DNA of 64,000 nt from Octopus sinensis (GCF_006345805.1 NC_043008.1:59396001-59460000), one strand, 5' to 3'. Shown: positions 38,930 through 51,673, counted from the stretch's first letter. Made by a program: numbers and translations. Notes: generated by a model not told the origin, from the sequence alone.

Positions 38930-39290
38930 GGTAAGAGGCTTGCTTCACAACTACGTGGTTCCAGGTTCGGTCGCACTTTGTGGCTCTTTGGGCAAGTGAC
39001 TTCTATGATAGCCACGGGCCAACCAAAACTTTCTGAGTGGATTTGATAGATGGAAACTGAAAGAAGCTCGTCGTATGTGAGTGTGTGTGTGTGTGTTTGT
39101 GTGTTTGTGTGTGTGTGTGTGTGTTGTGTGTGTGTGTGTCTTTGTACCTGTGTGTGTCTCATCACCTCTGCTTAACAGCTGGTACTGACTGGATTACATG
39201 CCCGTAACTTAGCGTTTCGGCAAAAAGTGACCGATAGAATAAATAGCGCAATCTAATGACTGAAACAGATGAACTGAACAAATACCATAA
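38930..39290 (+). mobile_element. SINE family D, diverged
   Basis: gtggctgtgtggtaagaggcttgc...aatgactgaaaca. Confidence 0.75.
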
Positions 39291-39459
39291 AATTATATTT
39301 TCTGATTTAGGTACAAAAACCAGCTATTTGCCTGGTTCTTTATTTTGTCAGCCTCCGAAAGGATAAAAGGCAAATTGACATCAACGTAATGTGAACCCAG
39401 AACTTAAAAAACCAGAGCAAATAATGCAAAATAACGGAGTGGTAGAATCTACGCTGAGA

Positions 39460-39790
39460 AACGTTTCCACAACCATCTTTCGGCCATTGTTCCTGGGTGG
39501 GTTGTAGGGTCATATTAAAAGCAACCATTACCTGACTTACCGACTGGATTCCCAAGCGCGACCAACCAAGACTATGGATATAACCCAACCATCTCTTCTC
39601 TGACTACCCCTAGGTCTCCTTCCAGTTGGCTCGGCTTGAAGGATCCATCTTGTAGGGCATACTAATGACAAGTCCGTATTACTGGGGTTGTGATCTCTCA
39701 GTGCGTAGTGGTAGCGGCTCGACCTGGAGAGACTCCCTGATCTCCGAGTTACGCACCCTGTCGATCCTTTGAAGGATCCAGCTATTGTAT
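39460..39790 (-). mobile_element. RTE-clade LINE 3' end fragment
   Basis: IDRVRNSEIRESLQVEPL..RTERSQ..*YG.VI.M ... (frameshift) QAEPTGRRPRG ... RWLGYIHSLGWSRLGIQ, the typical RTE C-terminus. Confidence 0.85.
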
Positions 39791-40129
39791 TTACGATCGT
39801 ATTCATTCGGTCATTACCCACCATTCATGGCCATACTGTATCGAATTAGGCATTTACAGGAGTGGAACATGGCTCCTTCATTGAAATATCCCTAATACAC
39901 GCTTTAAACGAGAACCTTATGATTTCCACAGCTACTGGCTTGTAATTACCAGAAACACTGATCGTTTAGGGTGTTTTGTTGCATCACATGAAAGGAATAA
40001 TATAAGGGATATTTCAAGGCCTGACATATTAATTTAGTTTAGTAAATGGAAACTACCGTTTGCTTTAGGTGTTTGACATATCTGGATTTTATGCTTGTTT
40101 TTCTTTTGTTTCTCCCTTGTCTTTCTCTT

Positions 40130-40185
<56 letters not shown>

Positions 40186-40550
40186 ATACATATATACTCT
40201 CACTCACTCTTTTTCTCTACTTTCTTTTTTTTTCGAATTTTTCTTCATATTCTTGAAAATAAAAACCATTTTTCCCACTTCGAGGCGTAACTTGAGTCAC
40301 ACAAAATGCACAGAGAAAGAATTAGCAGAGATGCTATGGCCAAGAATGTAATACAATCAAGTCCAAAAGACGAGTATTAAGAGATAGGACAGTGTTGATG
40401 ATGATGATGATGATGATGATGATGACGATGAGGATGATGACGATGATGATAATGATGATGATAATAACAATAATAATATTAATAATAATAATATTAATAA
40501 TAATAATAGTAATAATAATAATAATAATAATAAATAATAATAATAATAAA

Positions 40551-41617
40551 TGCCCCGATGCAGTACCAGGCAGTGGCTCTTGTGGCTTCTGATCTTAACT
40601 GATTAGAAGTGTTATCATGTGCATAATTTGTCTTGGTATAAATGATGGGTTACAGCAAATATTCTGCTCAATACCACAGATTGGCTTGTAATTGCTTGAC
40701 TATAACTAGTTGAGCATGTTTCTTAGTGACTGACGATATGTGCATCTCTAATCACGAGCAGTAGTAATGGGAGAGCACATAGCCATGTGTTGAGAGGAAT
40801 TCTTTGGAGTTTGAATAATTCACCTCTGGAAACATGGTTGTTTTATTCATCATCCTGAAATAACCCTTATTCAGAGACCTTTATAGCAGGATAGGCTAAT
40901 CGGCCTGAAAAAAAATCCTACTTGGGGCCCCACCTGCAAGGTGTTTATCTTAATATGAGATCATCGTGTCGCGCACATATGGTTGTAATGCAAGTGCCTG
41001 GTGTACCCTTATCAGACGGATAGTCATGATGCGTATATTGGGGTTTGCATATTTGTACCCTGGTGTCACTTTGATTGCATGCATTGCGTGGCTTTCATGG
41101 TTTTTCATCGCTGATTGGAAGTGTTATTATGTACATTGTTTTGTCTTGGTATAAAAGATGGGCTACAGCAAATATTCTGCTCAATACCACATATTTTCTT
41201 GTCAGTTGTTTTACCTTAACCAGTTGACCATGTCCCTTAGTGGCTGACGATATGTGCATCTCTGATCACGAGCAGAAGTAGTGGGGGAGCATCATAGCCA
41301 TGTGTTGAGAGGGATTCTTTGGGGTTTGAATAATTCACCTTTGGAAACAGGGGTGTTTCGTTCAACATCCTTAAACAACCCTTATTCAGGGACCTTTTGA
41401 GCGGAATGGGCTACTCGACCAGAACAAAATTCTAACTGGGCCCCACCTGCAAGGTCATGTGCTGTTTATCTTGATATGAGATCACCATGTCGCGCACATA
41501 TGGTTGTGATGCATGTGCCTAGTATACCCTTATCAGACGGGTAGTCAGGATGGGTATACTGCGCTTCGTATATTTTACCCCAGTGTCACTTTGATGGCAT
41601 GCACTGCTCTCTCACTC
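40551..41617 (+). mobile_element. Family F retroposon, head-to-tail dimer (~545 + ~520 bp) between (AAT)n tracts
   Basis: ttgtcttggtataaa...gggttgaataattcacct...atgagatca...ttaccc..gtgtcactttgat present twice; ends gctctctcactc(aat)n. Confidence 0.85.
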
Positions 41618-41762
41618 AATAATAATAATAATAATAATCTTTTTACTGGAAGCACAAGGCCTCAAATTTCTACTATAGCCTCGGACCGACCAAAGCCTTG
41701 TGAGTGGATTTGGTAGACTGAAACTGAAAGAAGCCCGTCGTATATATGTATATATATATATA

Positions 41763-41773
<11 letters not shown>

Positions 41774-41847
<74 letters not shown>

Positions 41848-42527
41848 TGTGTGTGTGCGTGTATGTGTGTGTCTGTGTTTGTCCCCCTAGCATTGCTTGA
41901 CAACCGATGCTGGTGTGTTTATGTCCCCGTTACTTAGCGGTTCGGCAAAATAGACCGATAGGATAAGTACTGGGCTTACAAAAAGAATAAGTCCCGGCGT
42001 CGAGTTGCTCGATTAAAGGCGGTGCTCCAGCATGGCCGCAGTCAAATGACTGAAACAAGTAAAAGAGTACGATCAGTTCTAGCCGAGTAGACTTGTAAAT
42101 GAACTCCTGTCTTTTAAAACTGTTTAATTCAGACTGTGTGACATAATATGCTCCCTATTTTTAAGAAATGAGACGGTAGAACACCAAGATGTGATTCGAG
42201 AGTGATATACTTGTCATTCCATGCAGTTTGAACTGTTATTACGTAGTGGTTCTTTTGTGGTCTCGTAGGGACGGACCATCATGTGTAATTAAGATACGAA
42301 GCTCTTTGATGTTTTAAAACTTTCGTTTCATCACAGAACTATCTGAAAGATTAAAACAATTCTGTCTCCATTACAATTCCGTACGCTGTGACCTCTTCAA
42401 GCGTATCCCGTTTTACTGTCAATTCAAAAATCCACATCTTTTTTTTTTTAATGGATCAATTAATTACAAGCTAATTAACAGTATAAATTATCTTTATTGG
42501 ATCATACGAATATGAGAGTGCATTTGC

Positions 42528-42622
<95 letters not shown>

Positions 42623-43302
42623 TGTGTGTGTGCGTGTATGTGTGTGTCTGTGTTTGTCCCCCTAGCATTGCTTGACAACCGATGCTGGTGTGTTTATGTC
42701 CCCGTTACTTAGCGGTTCGGCAAAATAGACCGATAGGATAAGTACTGGGCTTACAAAAAGAATAAGTCCCGGCGTCGAGTTGCTCGATTAAAGGCGGTGC
42801 TCCAGCATGGCCGCAGTCAAATGACTGAAACAAGTAAAAGAGTACGATCAGTTCTAGCCGAGTAGACTTGTAAATGAACTCCTGTCTTTTAAAACTGTTT
42901 AATTCAGACTGTGTGACATAATATGCTCCCTATTTTTAAGAAATGAGACGGTAGAACACCAAGATGTGATTCGAGAGTGATTTACTTGTCATTCCATGCA
43001 GTTTGAACTGTTATTACGTAGTGGTTCTTTTGTGGTCTCGTAGGGACGGACCATCATGTGTAATTAAGATACGAAGCTCTTTGATGTTTTAAAACTTTCG
43101 TTTCATCACAGAACTATCTGAAAGATTTAAAACAATTCTGTCTCCATTACAATTCCGTACGCTGTGACCTCTTCAAGCGTATCCCGTTTTACTGTCAATT
43201 CAAAAATCCACATCTTTTTTTTTTTAATGGATCAATTAATTACAAGCTAATTAACAGTATAAATTATCTTTATTGGATCATACGAATATGAGAGTGCATT
43301 TG

Positions 43303-43330
<28 letters not shown>
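41774..43330 (+). repeat. Near-perfect tandem duplication, period ~775 bp (D SINE 3' half plus unique flank)
   Basis: 41837-42530 recurs at 42612-43305 with only two differences that I could see outside the microsatellites. Confidence 0.92.
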
Positions 43331-43346
<16 letters not shown>

Positions 43347-44626
43347 TATGCACACATCTTTGCCTATGTGTGTGTATACGTTTGTAAATTCGTATATATG
43401 TATGTGCGTGTGTTTTTGGAAGCATGGATTTGGTATTAAAAAAAAAAACAGAGGATTCGGTCTTTGTTCTATTAATTATAATCCTAATTATTATAATTAT
43501 CATGTCTTTTGTCATTACTGGCCACTACATTATTATTATATAATCATTAAATTTAAAATTCTTTAATATCATTACTCTTTTTCGTTTTCTTTATACTATC
43601 ATCATAATATCTTTATCACTATCATCATAATCGTCATCAGTAGCAGCATTTTAATTGATGTCATTATACTATCGTCCTTTTCACTTTCATCTACCATCCG
43701 CCCCATCATCATCATCATCCACTCCATCACCACCAGCCCCCGCCTTCCTCCTCAGGCCATCAGTGCTTGCTCTTTTCATCATCCTCAACATCACTCTTGG
43801 CTTCATCATTACTAACAACGCTATCATCACCATCATCATTACTATCGTTACCATTACTATTTCTACTACTACTACTACTACCACCACCATGACTACTGCC
43901 TCCTCTCCCGCCACCACCACCACCAGCCGTTCAAGAATTTGGACCTGGAGATCTCCATTTTCAGTGACTTCGAGGGCCACCTACCTCCCAGTGGTGTCGG
44001 GTGTCAACGTAGAGCCTTCGACTTCAACAAGACGACCAGAGTTTTTTTTTTCCAAGGTCTGGGGTCTCCTGCCCCTAAGCCCTTGACCATCACCTAATCA
44101 CCCTTACCCGTCTTGTTGCTTAACAACAACCACCACCATTATGACCATTATCATCGCTACCATCATCACTATCAACATCATCACCATCACCAACATCGCT
44201 TACATCGTCAACACCAGTCAATGCGAAAGAGCCTCGAATGTGGTCGCTATATATGCTAGAAATAGTAGTCAAATCTCTTTCAATTCACATATCACCGTCT
44301 TTGGAAAAACACTCGTGGGATGATGCAGTCTTTGTTCCTTGTGTATAGGAAAATGACGGAATGCTCACGGGTGGAATGTCTTTGATCATAAGCAATGACC
44401 AATAAGATGTAACCAAGGGTTAAACTGTAACAACAACGACAACAATATCAAGACACTGCCGCCATCACCATCCGTACATTCATCATCATAACAACCACCT
44501 CAACAGCTACCATGACCAGCAACATCACCATCACACCAACAACAACAGCACCATCACCATTACTATAACCATCCCTCCGCCTCCGGTCCATTCTCTTCGA
44601 CACCAGCGCCGCCATCGCGTTCAGTA

Positions 44627-44850
44627 TATTTCTTTATTACCCACAAGGGACTAAACATAGAGGGGACAAACAAGGACAGACATAGGTATTAAGTCGATTA
44701 CATCGACCCCAATGCGTAACTGGTATTTAATTTATCGACCCCGAAAGGATGAAAGGCAAAGTCGACCTCGGCGGAATTTGAACTCACAACGTAACGACAG
44801 ACGAAATACCGCTAAACATTTCGCCCGGCGTGCTAACGTCTTTGCCAGCT
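44627..44850 (-). mobile_element. SINE family E flanked by a ~120-bp direct duplication
   Basis: 44504-44627 repeated at 44851-44971. Confidence 0.88.
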
Positions 44851-45231
44851 CAGCTACCATGACCAGCAACATCACCATCACACCAACAACAACAACATCA
44901 CCATTATTATAACCATCCCTCCGCCTCCGGTCCATTCTCTTCAACACCAGCGTCGCCATCGCATTCAGTATCATTATTATTATTACTACACAGCTTATCA
45001 AACAAATATTTCAGTAACATATTTAAATAAGGCATTTTTGCAATTAACGAATTCAACATTAAAATCGACTCTAGCTATTAATTAGTTAATCTCACCTCGA
45101 AAGACATTCATTCCTCCTCGTTTTTTTGATCTCATATTCTTATTCCTTTTCTCCTTCGTATTTGTCTTCCTCATTTTCTCTTCCTTGTTTTCGTTCTTTT
45201 TATCTTCCCCCCACCCTCTTTCCCCCTCTCA

Positions 45232-45266
<35 letters not shown>

Positions 45267-45376
45267 CTTCTTTCTCCTTTACCTTTTAAAAGCTATTTTC
45301 TTTTGATTGCGGTCGTTACAACTGCAATCGTTATTTCATAAAGATGCTAATTTATTATCTGCCAAAGTCACTATAT

Positions 45377-45421
<45 letters not shown>

Positions 45422-45485
45422 ATGGTGGTGGTGGTCGTCGTCGTCGTCGTGGTATGAGGAGAAGCAGCAACAGTAGTGGTGGTGA

Positions 45486-45520
<35 letters not shown>

Positions 45521-46240
45521 TGGTGGTGGTGGTGGCGGTGGTGATGGTGGTGGTGGTGTCGGTGGCATGAGGAGAATCAGCAACAGTAGTGGTGGTGATA
45601 GTAGTAGTAGTAGTAGTAGTAGTAGCAGCAGTAGTAGTAGTAGTAGTAGTAGTAGTGATAGTAGTAGTAGTAGTAGTTGTAGTAGTAGTAAGTAGGCGGT
45701 TTAACTTCCCGCCGCTCTTCAGCTAAATGGGTGGATCCGACTAGAATGACTGGAATCCATCCCATCACACCCACGAGAAAACGGTGTGAGTTAAAAGTTT
45801 AATAAGTAAAAAAAAAAAAAAACCAGTTCAATCCATTGTTAATTTTAATTATGACAGGATAATTTAAATTGTTGATTAATGCATGTCATTTGTTCATGCA
45901 TTTTATTATATCATCCTACTACAACAACAACAACAACAATATTTTACGTTTGTTTAAATGGAAGAAGAATAATTACAAAGGCGAGAGAAACAAAACTTGG
46001 TTTCGAAAGAAGCACGAATTCCTGTAGAAACATATTGATTTTTAACATTGATACAATAGAAAAATGTTTGGAAACATAACTTTGATGATCAAATGGAACC
46101 TTATTATTTGATTGATACTACTATTATCGATCTGAAAAGAGAATAAATTGAAAACGAAGGACGGCGGGGTTCGAACTTAGAAACGAAAGGAAAACGGTGA
46201 CTGTAACCGATACTGCGACTCATAAATATTTAGCATATAC

Positions 46241-46860
46241 TAAGGTGGCGGACTGGCAGAATCGTTAGCACGCCGGGCGAAATGCTTAGCTGTATTTCGT
46301 CTGCCGTTACGTTCTGAGTTCAAATTCCGCCGAGGTCGAATTTGCCTTTCATCCTTTCGGGGTCGATAAATTAAGTACCAGTTACGCACTGGGGTCGATA
46401 TAATCGACTTAATCCCTTTGTCTGTCCTTGTTTGTCCCCTCTATGTTTAGCCCCTTGAGGGCAATAAAGAAATAAGAATCGTTAGCACGCCGTGGAAAAT
46501 GCTCAGCTGGTTTTCGTCCGTCCTTACTTGCTGAGTTCAAATTCCGCCGAGGTCAACTTTGCCTTTCATCCTTTCGGGGTCGATAGATTAAAGTACCAGT
46601 TGCATACTGCGCTCGATCTAATCGACTGGCCTCCTCCCCAAAAATTTCGGGCCTTGTACCAAGAGTAGAAAAGAAAAGAAACATTAGCACGCAGGGCAAA
46701 ATGCTCAGCTATATTTCGTCCGTCCATACGCTCTGAGTTCAAATTTCAGCCGAGGTTGACTTTGCTTTTCATCCTTTCGGGGTCGATGAAATAAGTATCA
46801 GTTACGCACAGGGGCTCGATGTAATCGACTAGTCCCCAAACCCCAAATTTCAGGTCATGT
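46241..46860 (+). mobile_element. Family E cluster with self-insertion at the A-box
   Basis: agaatcgttagcacgccg at ~46258 and again right after the tail at ~46475. Confidence 0.85.
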
Positions 46861-47130
46861 GCCAATAGTAGAAGAGATTATTTCATTGATACTTATATTA
46901 TCGATCTGAAAAGAGTATAAAGTGGAAGTGAATGACGGTGGTGTTCGAACTTGGAAACAGAGGGAAAACAGTGACTTCAACTGATACTGCAACTCGCATA
47001 TATTTAGCATATATTCAGGCGACGAGCTGGCAGAATCGTTAGCACGCCGGGAAAAATGCTCAGAGGGATTTATTCTAGCTTTACCTCCTGTGTTTAAATT
47101 CTGCCGAAGTTGATTTTGCCTTTCATTGGG

Positions 47131-47310
47131 TAAACACTGAGCTTTGGTTGACACAACACTGAGCTTTCATTGATCCAAAACTGAGCTTTCATTGATTCAA
47201 TACTGAGTATTGATTGATCCTAGACTCAGCTTTGGTTGAACTCACACTGGGTTTTAGTTGCTCAATACTGTGCTTTTATTGAGTTTTAGTTGATCCAGTA
47301 TTGCAATTTT
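47131..47310. repeat. Degenerate ~22-bp minisatellite (aacactgagctttcattgatcc-like), ~8 units
   Basis: Direct reading. Confidence 0.75.
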
Positions 47311-47714
47311 CTTAAACGAACACTCAATTTTTTTTTATCGCCAACTCAGTGTGATTGCCTGATACTTAATATGCATATCTAATACACTTCTTGAATACCT
47401 GATACAATTTCATACAGCACAATAATGTCAATCACATGAAAACTTTAGTTATGAGAAAATCGCTGTTTGACAATGTACAATTTAAAAAGGCTCTGCACAC
47501 TCCCACCACGTATATATTGAAAACCTACGCTCAAACTGTTGCAGATAAGTACTATACACACACACATACACCCATACTCAAATGTATGAAACCGCTTTCC
47601 TAACTGTTCGCTCCCGGTCATTTTATGCTAACCATTCTCAACATGTTTGATATAGACTAAAACTCATTTCCACATTACTGTGCTTTCTACCTTTCTCAGT
47701 ACTTCAGTGTCTAA

Positions 47715-47750
47715 CCTTCTGGAGAAGAGCTTAAGCTCGAAACGTCAGAG
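47715..47750 (+). ncRNA. Minimal type I hammerhead motif (PLE style), one core mismatch
   Basis: cctt CTGGAGA a GAGC ttaa GCTC GAAA CG TC agag; palindromic ACGT in place of stem III. Confidence 0.55.
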
Positions 47751-47858
47751 ATATTTCTGGTTTCGTTCCTCTAACAGATGACTGAACTTAAAATTACACT
47801 TAGTTTCACTTTCATTTACAACTGTTTCTGTTTATTAAATCGAAGTATATTTGCATAC

Positions 47859-47928
<70 letters not shown>

Positions 47929-48118
47929 ATAAATACATACATATGTACGTACATGCATACATATATACGTACATACATACATACATACATACATAGAACA
48001 TTTACATTTCGAAAAATAACGATTGTTCAATACTCACTCTCCTTCATCTGTTGTCTAATGCTTGTCTAATACAAAAGTAAACAACGTCTGTGTAAGCCGA
48101 AGGTCGTTAATACTACCC

Positions 48119-48167
<49 letters not shown>

Positions 48168-48364
48168 TATATATATACTCTTTTACTCTTTTACATGTTT
48201 CAGTCAGTTGACTGCGGCCATGCTGGAGCACCGCCATTAGTCGAGCAACTCGACCCCGGGACTTATTCTTTGTAAGCCCAGTACTTATTCTATCGGTCTC
48301 TTTTGCCGAACCGCTAAGTTACGGGGACGTAAACACACCAGCATCGGTGTGTATATATATATAT

Positions 48365-48945
48365 ATATTAATTTACTGTTCCGTTAAGAACAAAATCAGC
48401 AGTCCATCTAGTGAAAGATAAATATCGGTTTAATGTATTCAGTTTAAGATACAAGCTACTAATCGTTTACTGCAATGAAAACGTGAGTCTAGACGCGTTG
48501 TAATAACATGCCTTGTGTTTCCAAGCAACCATCAAATTCTGAGCACCTGATCTATTCAGTTTATAAAACAGGACGCTGGTACACGAGAAAAAGAAAACGG
48601 GAAGGTGGCTGCAAAAAGTGAAAGGATGAATAAAACGGAAAAAGAATAGAAAAGAAAATTTGAGTCATATCCCCTTTGACTGTAATGCCATAATCTAGCT
48701 AGTCGTTGTAGGATACTTCAATAGAGCGGGTCCAAAGTCTGCGAGACACCTCCACCATCCGGAGAAGATAGTGTCCTCCAGTTCATCAAAAGAAATTTGT
48801 CGCTACGTTTGCATTTGCTGAAAAGTTCAGATCTGGAATTCAGCAGTATGGTGGCATTCTTAGATGTAAAAAGAATATACGATCGTTCAGCTACGCATAA
48901 AATGCATTTCATAGATCCATTAACATATGGCAGGAATCTCCCTGA
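48365..48945 (-). mobile_element. Penelope-like element 3' end (endonuclease C-terminus + pLTR)
   Basis: PYVNGSMKCILCVAERSYI...LLNSRSELFSKCKRSDKFLL; downstream sequence homologous to 58600-58810. Confidence 0.82.
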
Positions 48946-49094
48946 TATAAAAATGTGTGTATGTGTGTGTATACTTATATATATATAAATATACATGCAC
49001 ACACACACACACACACATATGTATATATATATATATATAATATATTATATATATATATTATATATATATATATTTACATATATATATGCATGCT

Positions 49095-49446
49095 TACTCT
49101 TTGCTCTTTTACTCGTCTCAGCAATTTGACTGCGACCATGGTAGTGTACTACCATTGTAGTACACCACCTTTAGTCGAAGAAATCGTCCCCCGGACTTTT
49201 TCTTTGTAAGACTTGTACGGCTAAGTTTTGGTGACACACCCATATCGGTTATCAAGCGATGGTGGGGGACAAACACAGTCACACACACGGGCTGCTTTCA
49301 GCTTCCGTCTACCAAATCCACTCACAAGTCTTTGGTCGGCCCGAGGCTGTAATAGGAGACACTTGCCCAAGGTGCCACACAGTTGGACTGAACACAGAAC
49401 CATGTGGTTGGAAAGCAAGCTTCTTACCACACAGCCACGCGTGCGC
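49095..49446 (-). mobile_element. SINE family D, diverged
   Basis: Reverse complement of D head and tail. Confidence 0.8.
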
Positions 49447-49461
49447 CTATACACATATATT

Positions 49462-49725
49462 CTTTGTTCCTTCTCGAGCCACGCCTGGCTCATAAGGGCC
49501 AATTTCCCGGTTTCCTTGGCTTATAGCTTCCCCACCTGGACAGGACGCCGGTCCGTCGCAGGTGAGCTGCAATATGCAGGAGGAAAGAGTGAGAGAAAGT
49601 TGTGGCGAAAGAGTCAGCAGAATTTCGCCATTACCTTCTGCCGGAGCCGCGTGGAGCTGAGATTCGAACCCACGATCCCTCGACCTCGAGTCCGCTGCTC
49701 TAACCACTAGGCCATATGTCTCCAC
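49462..49725 (-). mobile_element. tRNA-derived SINE family B with internal deletion
   Basis: Colinear with 4247-4547, lacking the gtgttttgctcataaacac segment. Confidence 0.82.
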
Positions 49726-50190
49726 ATACACATATATAGCTTATTGGTATTGGTATTGTTATTGCTGCTGGTTTGCAATTTTAATAGACTCAGTACGGAT
49801 CGACAACAAGGAATTAAAACAATCAAATCAAAGCGGCATTCTAGTTACTGCAGCCTGTGCTTAGCGACAAACGTATTTAAAACTCAAGTTTTGCTCGATT
49901 AATGACTAAGAAAACAATGGAATCTGGGAGGAGCATTTGTGGTCTCCGTTGGCATATACTAAATACAAAGGATTTTCAAAGGCACTGAGGTAACTATGAG
50001 GTAAGAAGTTTTCTTCTCAACCGCACTATTCCGAGTTCAGTTCCGTTGCGTGGCACCTTGGAAAACTGTCTTCAACTAAAGCCTCAGGCCCACCACAGTC
50101 ATGTTAGTGGATAAGTCGACGGAAGCTGAAAGAAGTCCGTCATTTATATATATATATATATACATATCTATATGTGTGTGTGCGTGTGTG

Positions 50191-50343
50191 TTGGCGGGGA
50201 TCACTCGGCTCGCCCGTCGGTGAAGAGCGCGGCTATCCGCGTGAACTGATGTGAATTGCAGGACTCAGTGAACATCGACACCTCGAACGCACATTGCGGC
50301 CCCGAGATCCCATCGTTCCGAGGCCCCGTCCGGTCGAGAGGAT
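50191..50343 (+). rRNA. 5.8S rRNA: Orphan near-full-length 5.8S rRNA copy (probably a retro-pseudogene)
   Basis: GGATCACTCGGCTCG...TGAAGAGCGC...TGTGAATTGCAGGAC...GAACATCGACAC.TCGAACGCACATTGCGGCC plus the 3' GC hairpin; no ITS, 18S or 28S around it. Confidence 0.88.
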
Positions 50344-50352
50344 GTTCCTTTT

Positions 50353-50687
50353 GTGAAGGCGCATGGCTCAGTGTTAGAGCGTCGATCTTACGATCGTGAG
50401 ATTGTGAGTTCGAATCCCGGATCGAGCTGTGTGTTGTGTTCTTGAGCAAGACACTTCATTTCACGTTGCTCCAGTTCACTCAGCTGTAGAAATGAGTTGC
50501 GACATCACAGGTGCCAAGCTGTATCTGCCTTTGCTTTTCCCTTGGATAACATCGGTAGCGAAGGGAGGAGAGGCTGGTATGCATGGGCGACTCCTGGTCT
50601 TCCATAAAGAATCTTGCCCGGACTTGTGCCTGGGAGGGTAACTTTCTAGGTGCAATCCCATGGTCAGTCATTATCGAAGGGAGTCTC
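50353..50687 (+). mobile_element. tRNA-derived SINE family C, full length
   Basis: gtgaaggcgcatggctcagtgttagagc...gagttcgaatcccgg A/B boxes; body shared with 16713-17019. Confidence 0.88.
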
Positions 50688-51673
50688 AGCATTGTCATGG
50701 GTACACGTGTCTGTGGAGTGCTCAACCACTTGCATGTTAATAAATGAGCTGCGACGTCACTGGTGCCAAGCTGTATCGGCCTTTGCTTATTTTGGCTTAT
50801 TTAAGTTAGGTTCGTCAGCAACAGTGAACAAATCTGCCACACTGAAGCTTAGTTTTTATTCTTATCAGTAGTGTAATGTGGAGCTTTACGTAATGAATAC
50901 AGTAAAATATTTTGTTATTCATTCGTTGATGTTGTTGTTCGTAAATGGTTGTGACAATTCATAACATTTTGTTTTAACACGGTGGTTTGACTTTTTGTGA
51001 CATTGAATTAACCGTCAGATTTGTGTCACATTGAAATGTAAAACTATTGAATTAACTCTTCTGCTTTAAAGATGCTTTGTTTTTAAAGTCAAAATACACG
51101 TTATGCCTAAATGGTTATAATTTTAAAATGTAGTGGAAATCAATTAAATCGATGGATTGGAAAATTCAATTCGTAAGGGCGTTGGACAAATACTATACAA
51201 TATTTTGTTACATTCGTCCGTCTTTACGTTCTGCGTTCAAATTCTGCCGAGATCCACTTTGCCTCTCATTCTTCCAGGGTCGATAAAATAAGTACTAGCT
51301 GAGTACTGCGGTTGATATAAACGACTAACACCCTGCCTTGAAATTCCTGGCCTTGTGCCAACATTTTAAATCAGTATCTAGTCACATTACTCTACCGAGG
51401 TCGACATTACCTTTCGTATTTCTATGGTCGATAAAATGTGTACCGTTGAGCATTGAGGGTGATGTAATCGACTTACCCCCTCCCCACAAAATTGCTGACC
51501 TTGTGCCAAAATTTGAAACCGATATTTACTTCCATCCTTTTATGTTCCGAGTTCAAATCTTGCCTAGGTTGATGTCGCCTTTTATTTACCGACAAAAATG
51601 GGATTCGATTGACTCAGCAGAAGAAATCTTCATGGCTTAACGGAGAGAAAGGTGGCTGCAGCAATGCTCTGTA

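Noticed and set aside
39537-39546. Minus-strand splice donor GTAAGT
   Set aside because: Lies within the RTE LINE fragment, whose frame carries stops.
48455-48560. Hammerhead in the second pLTR copy (and in the inverted copy 60030-60145)
   Set aside because: Homologous position but the core is mutated (TTGATGG / GTAAAC; core missing at ~60050), so not called as ribozymes.
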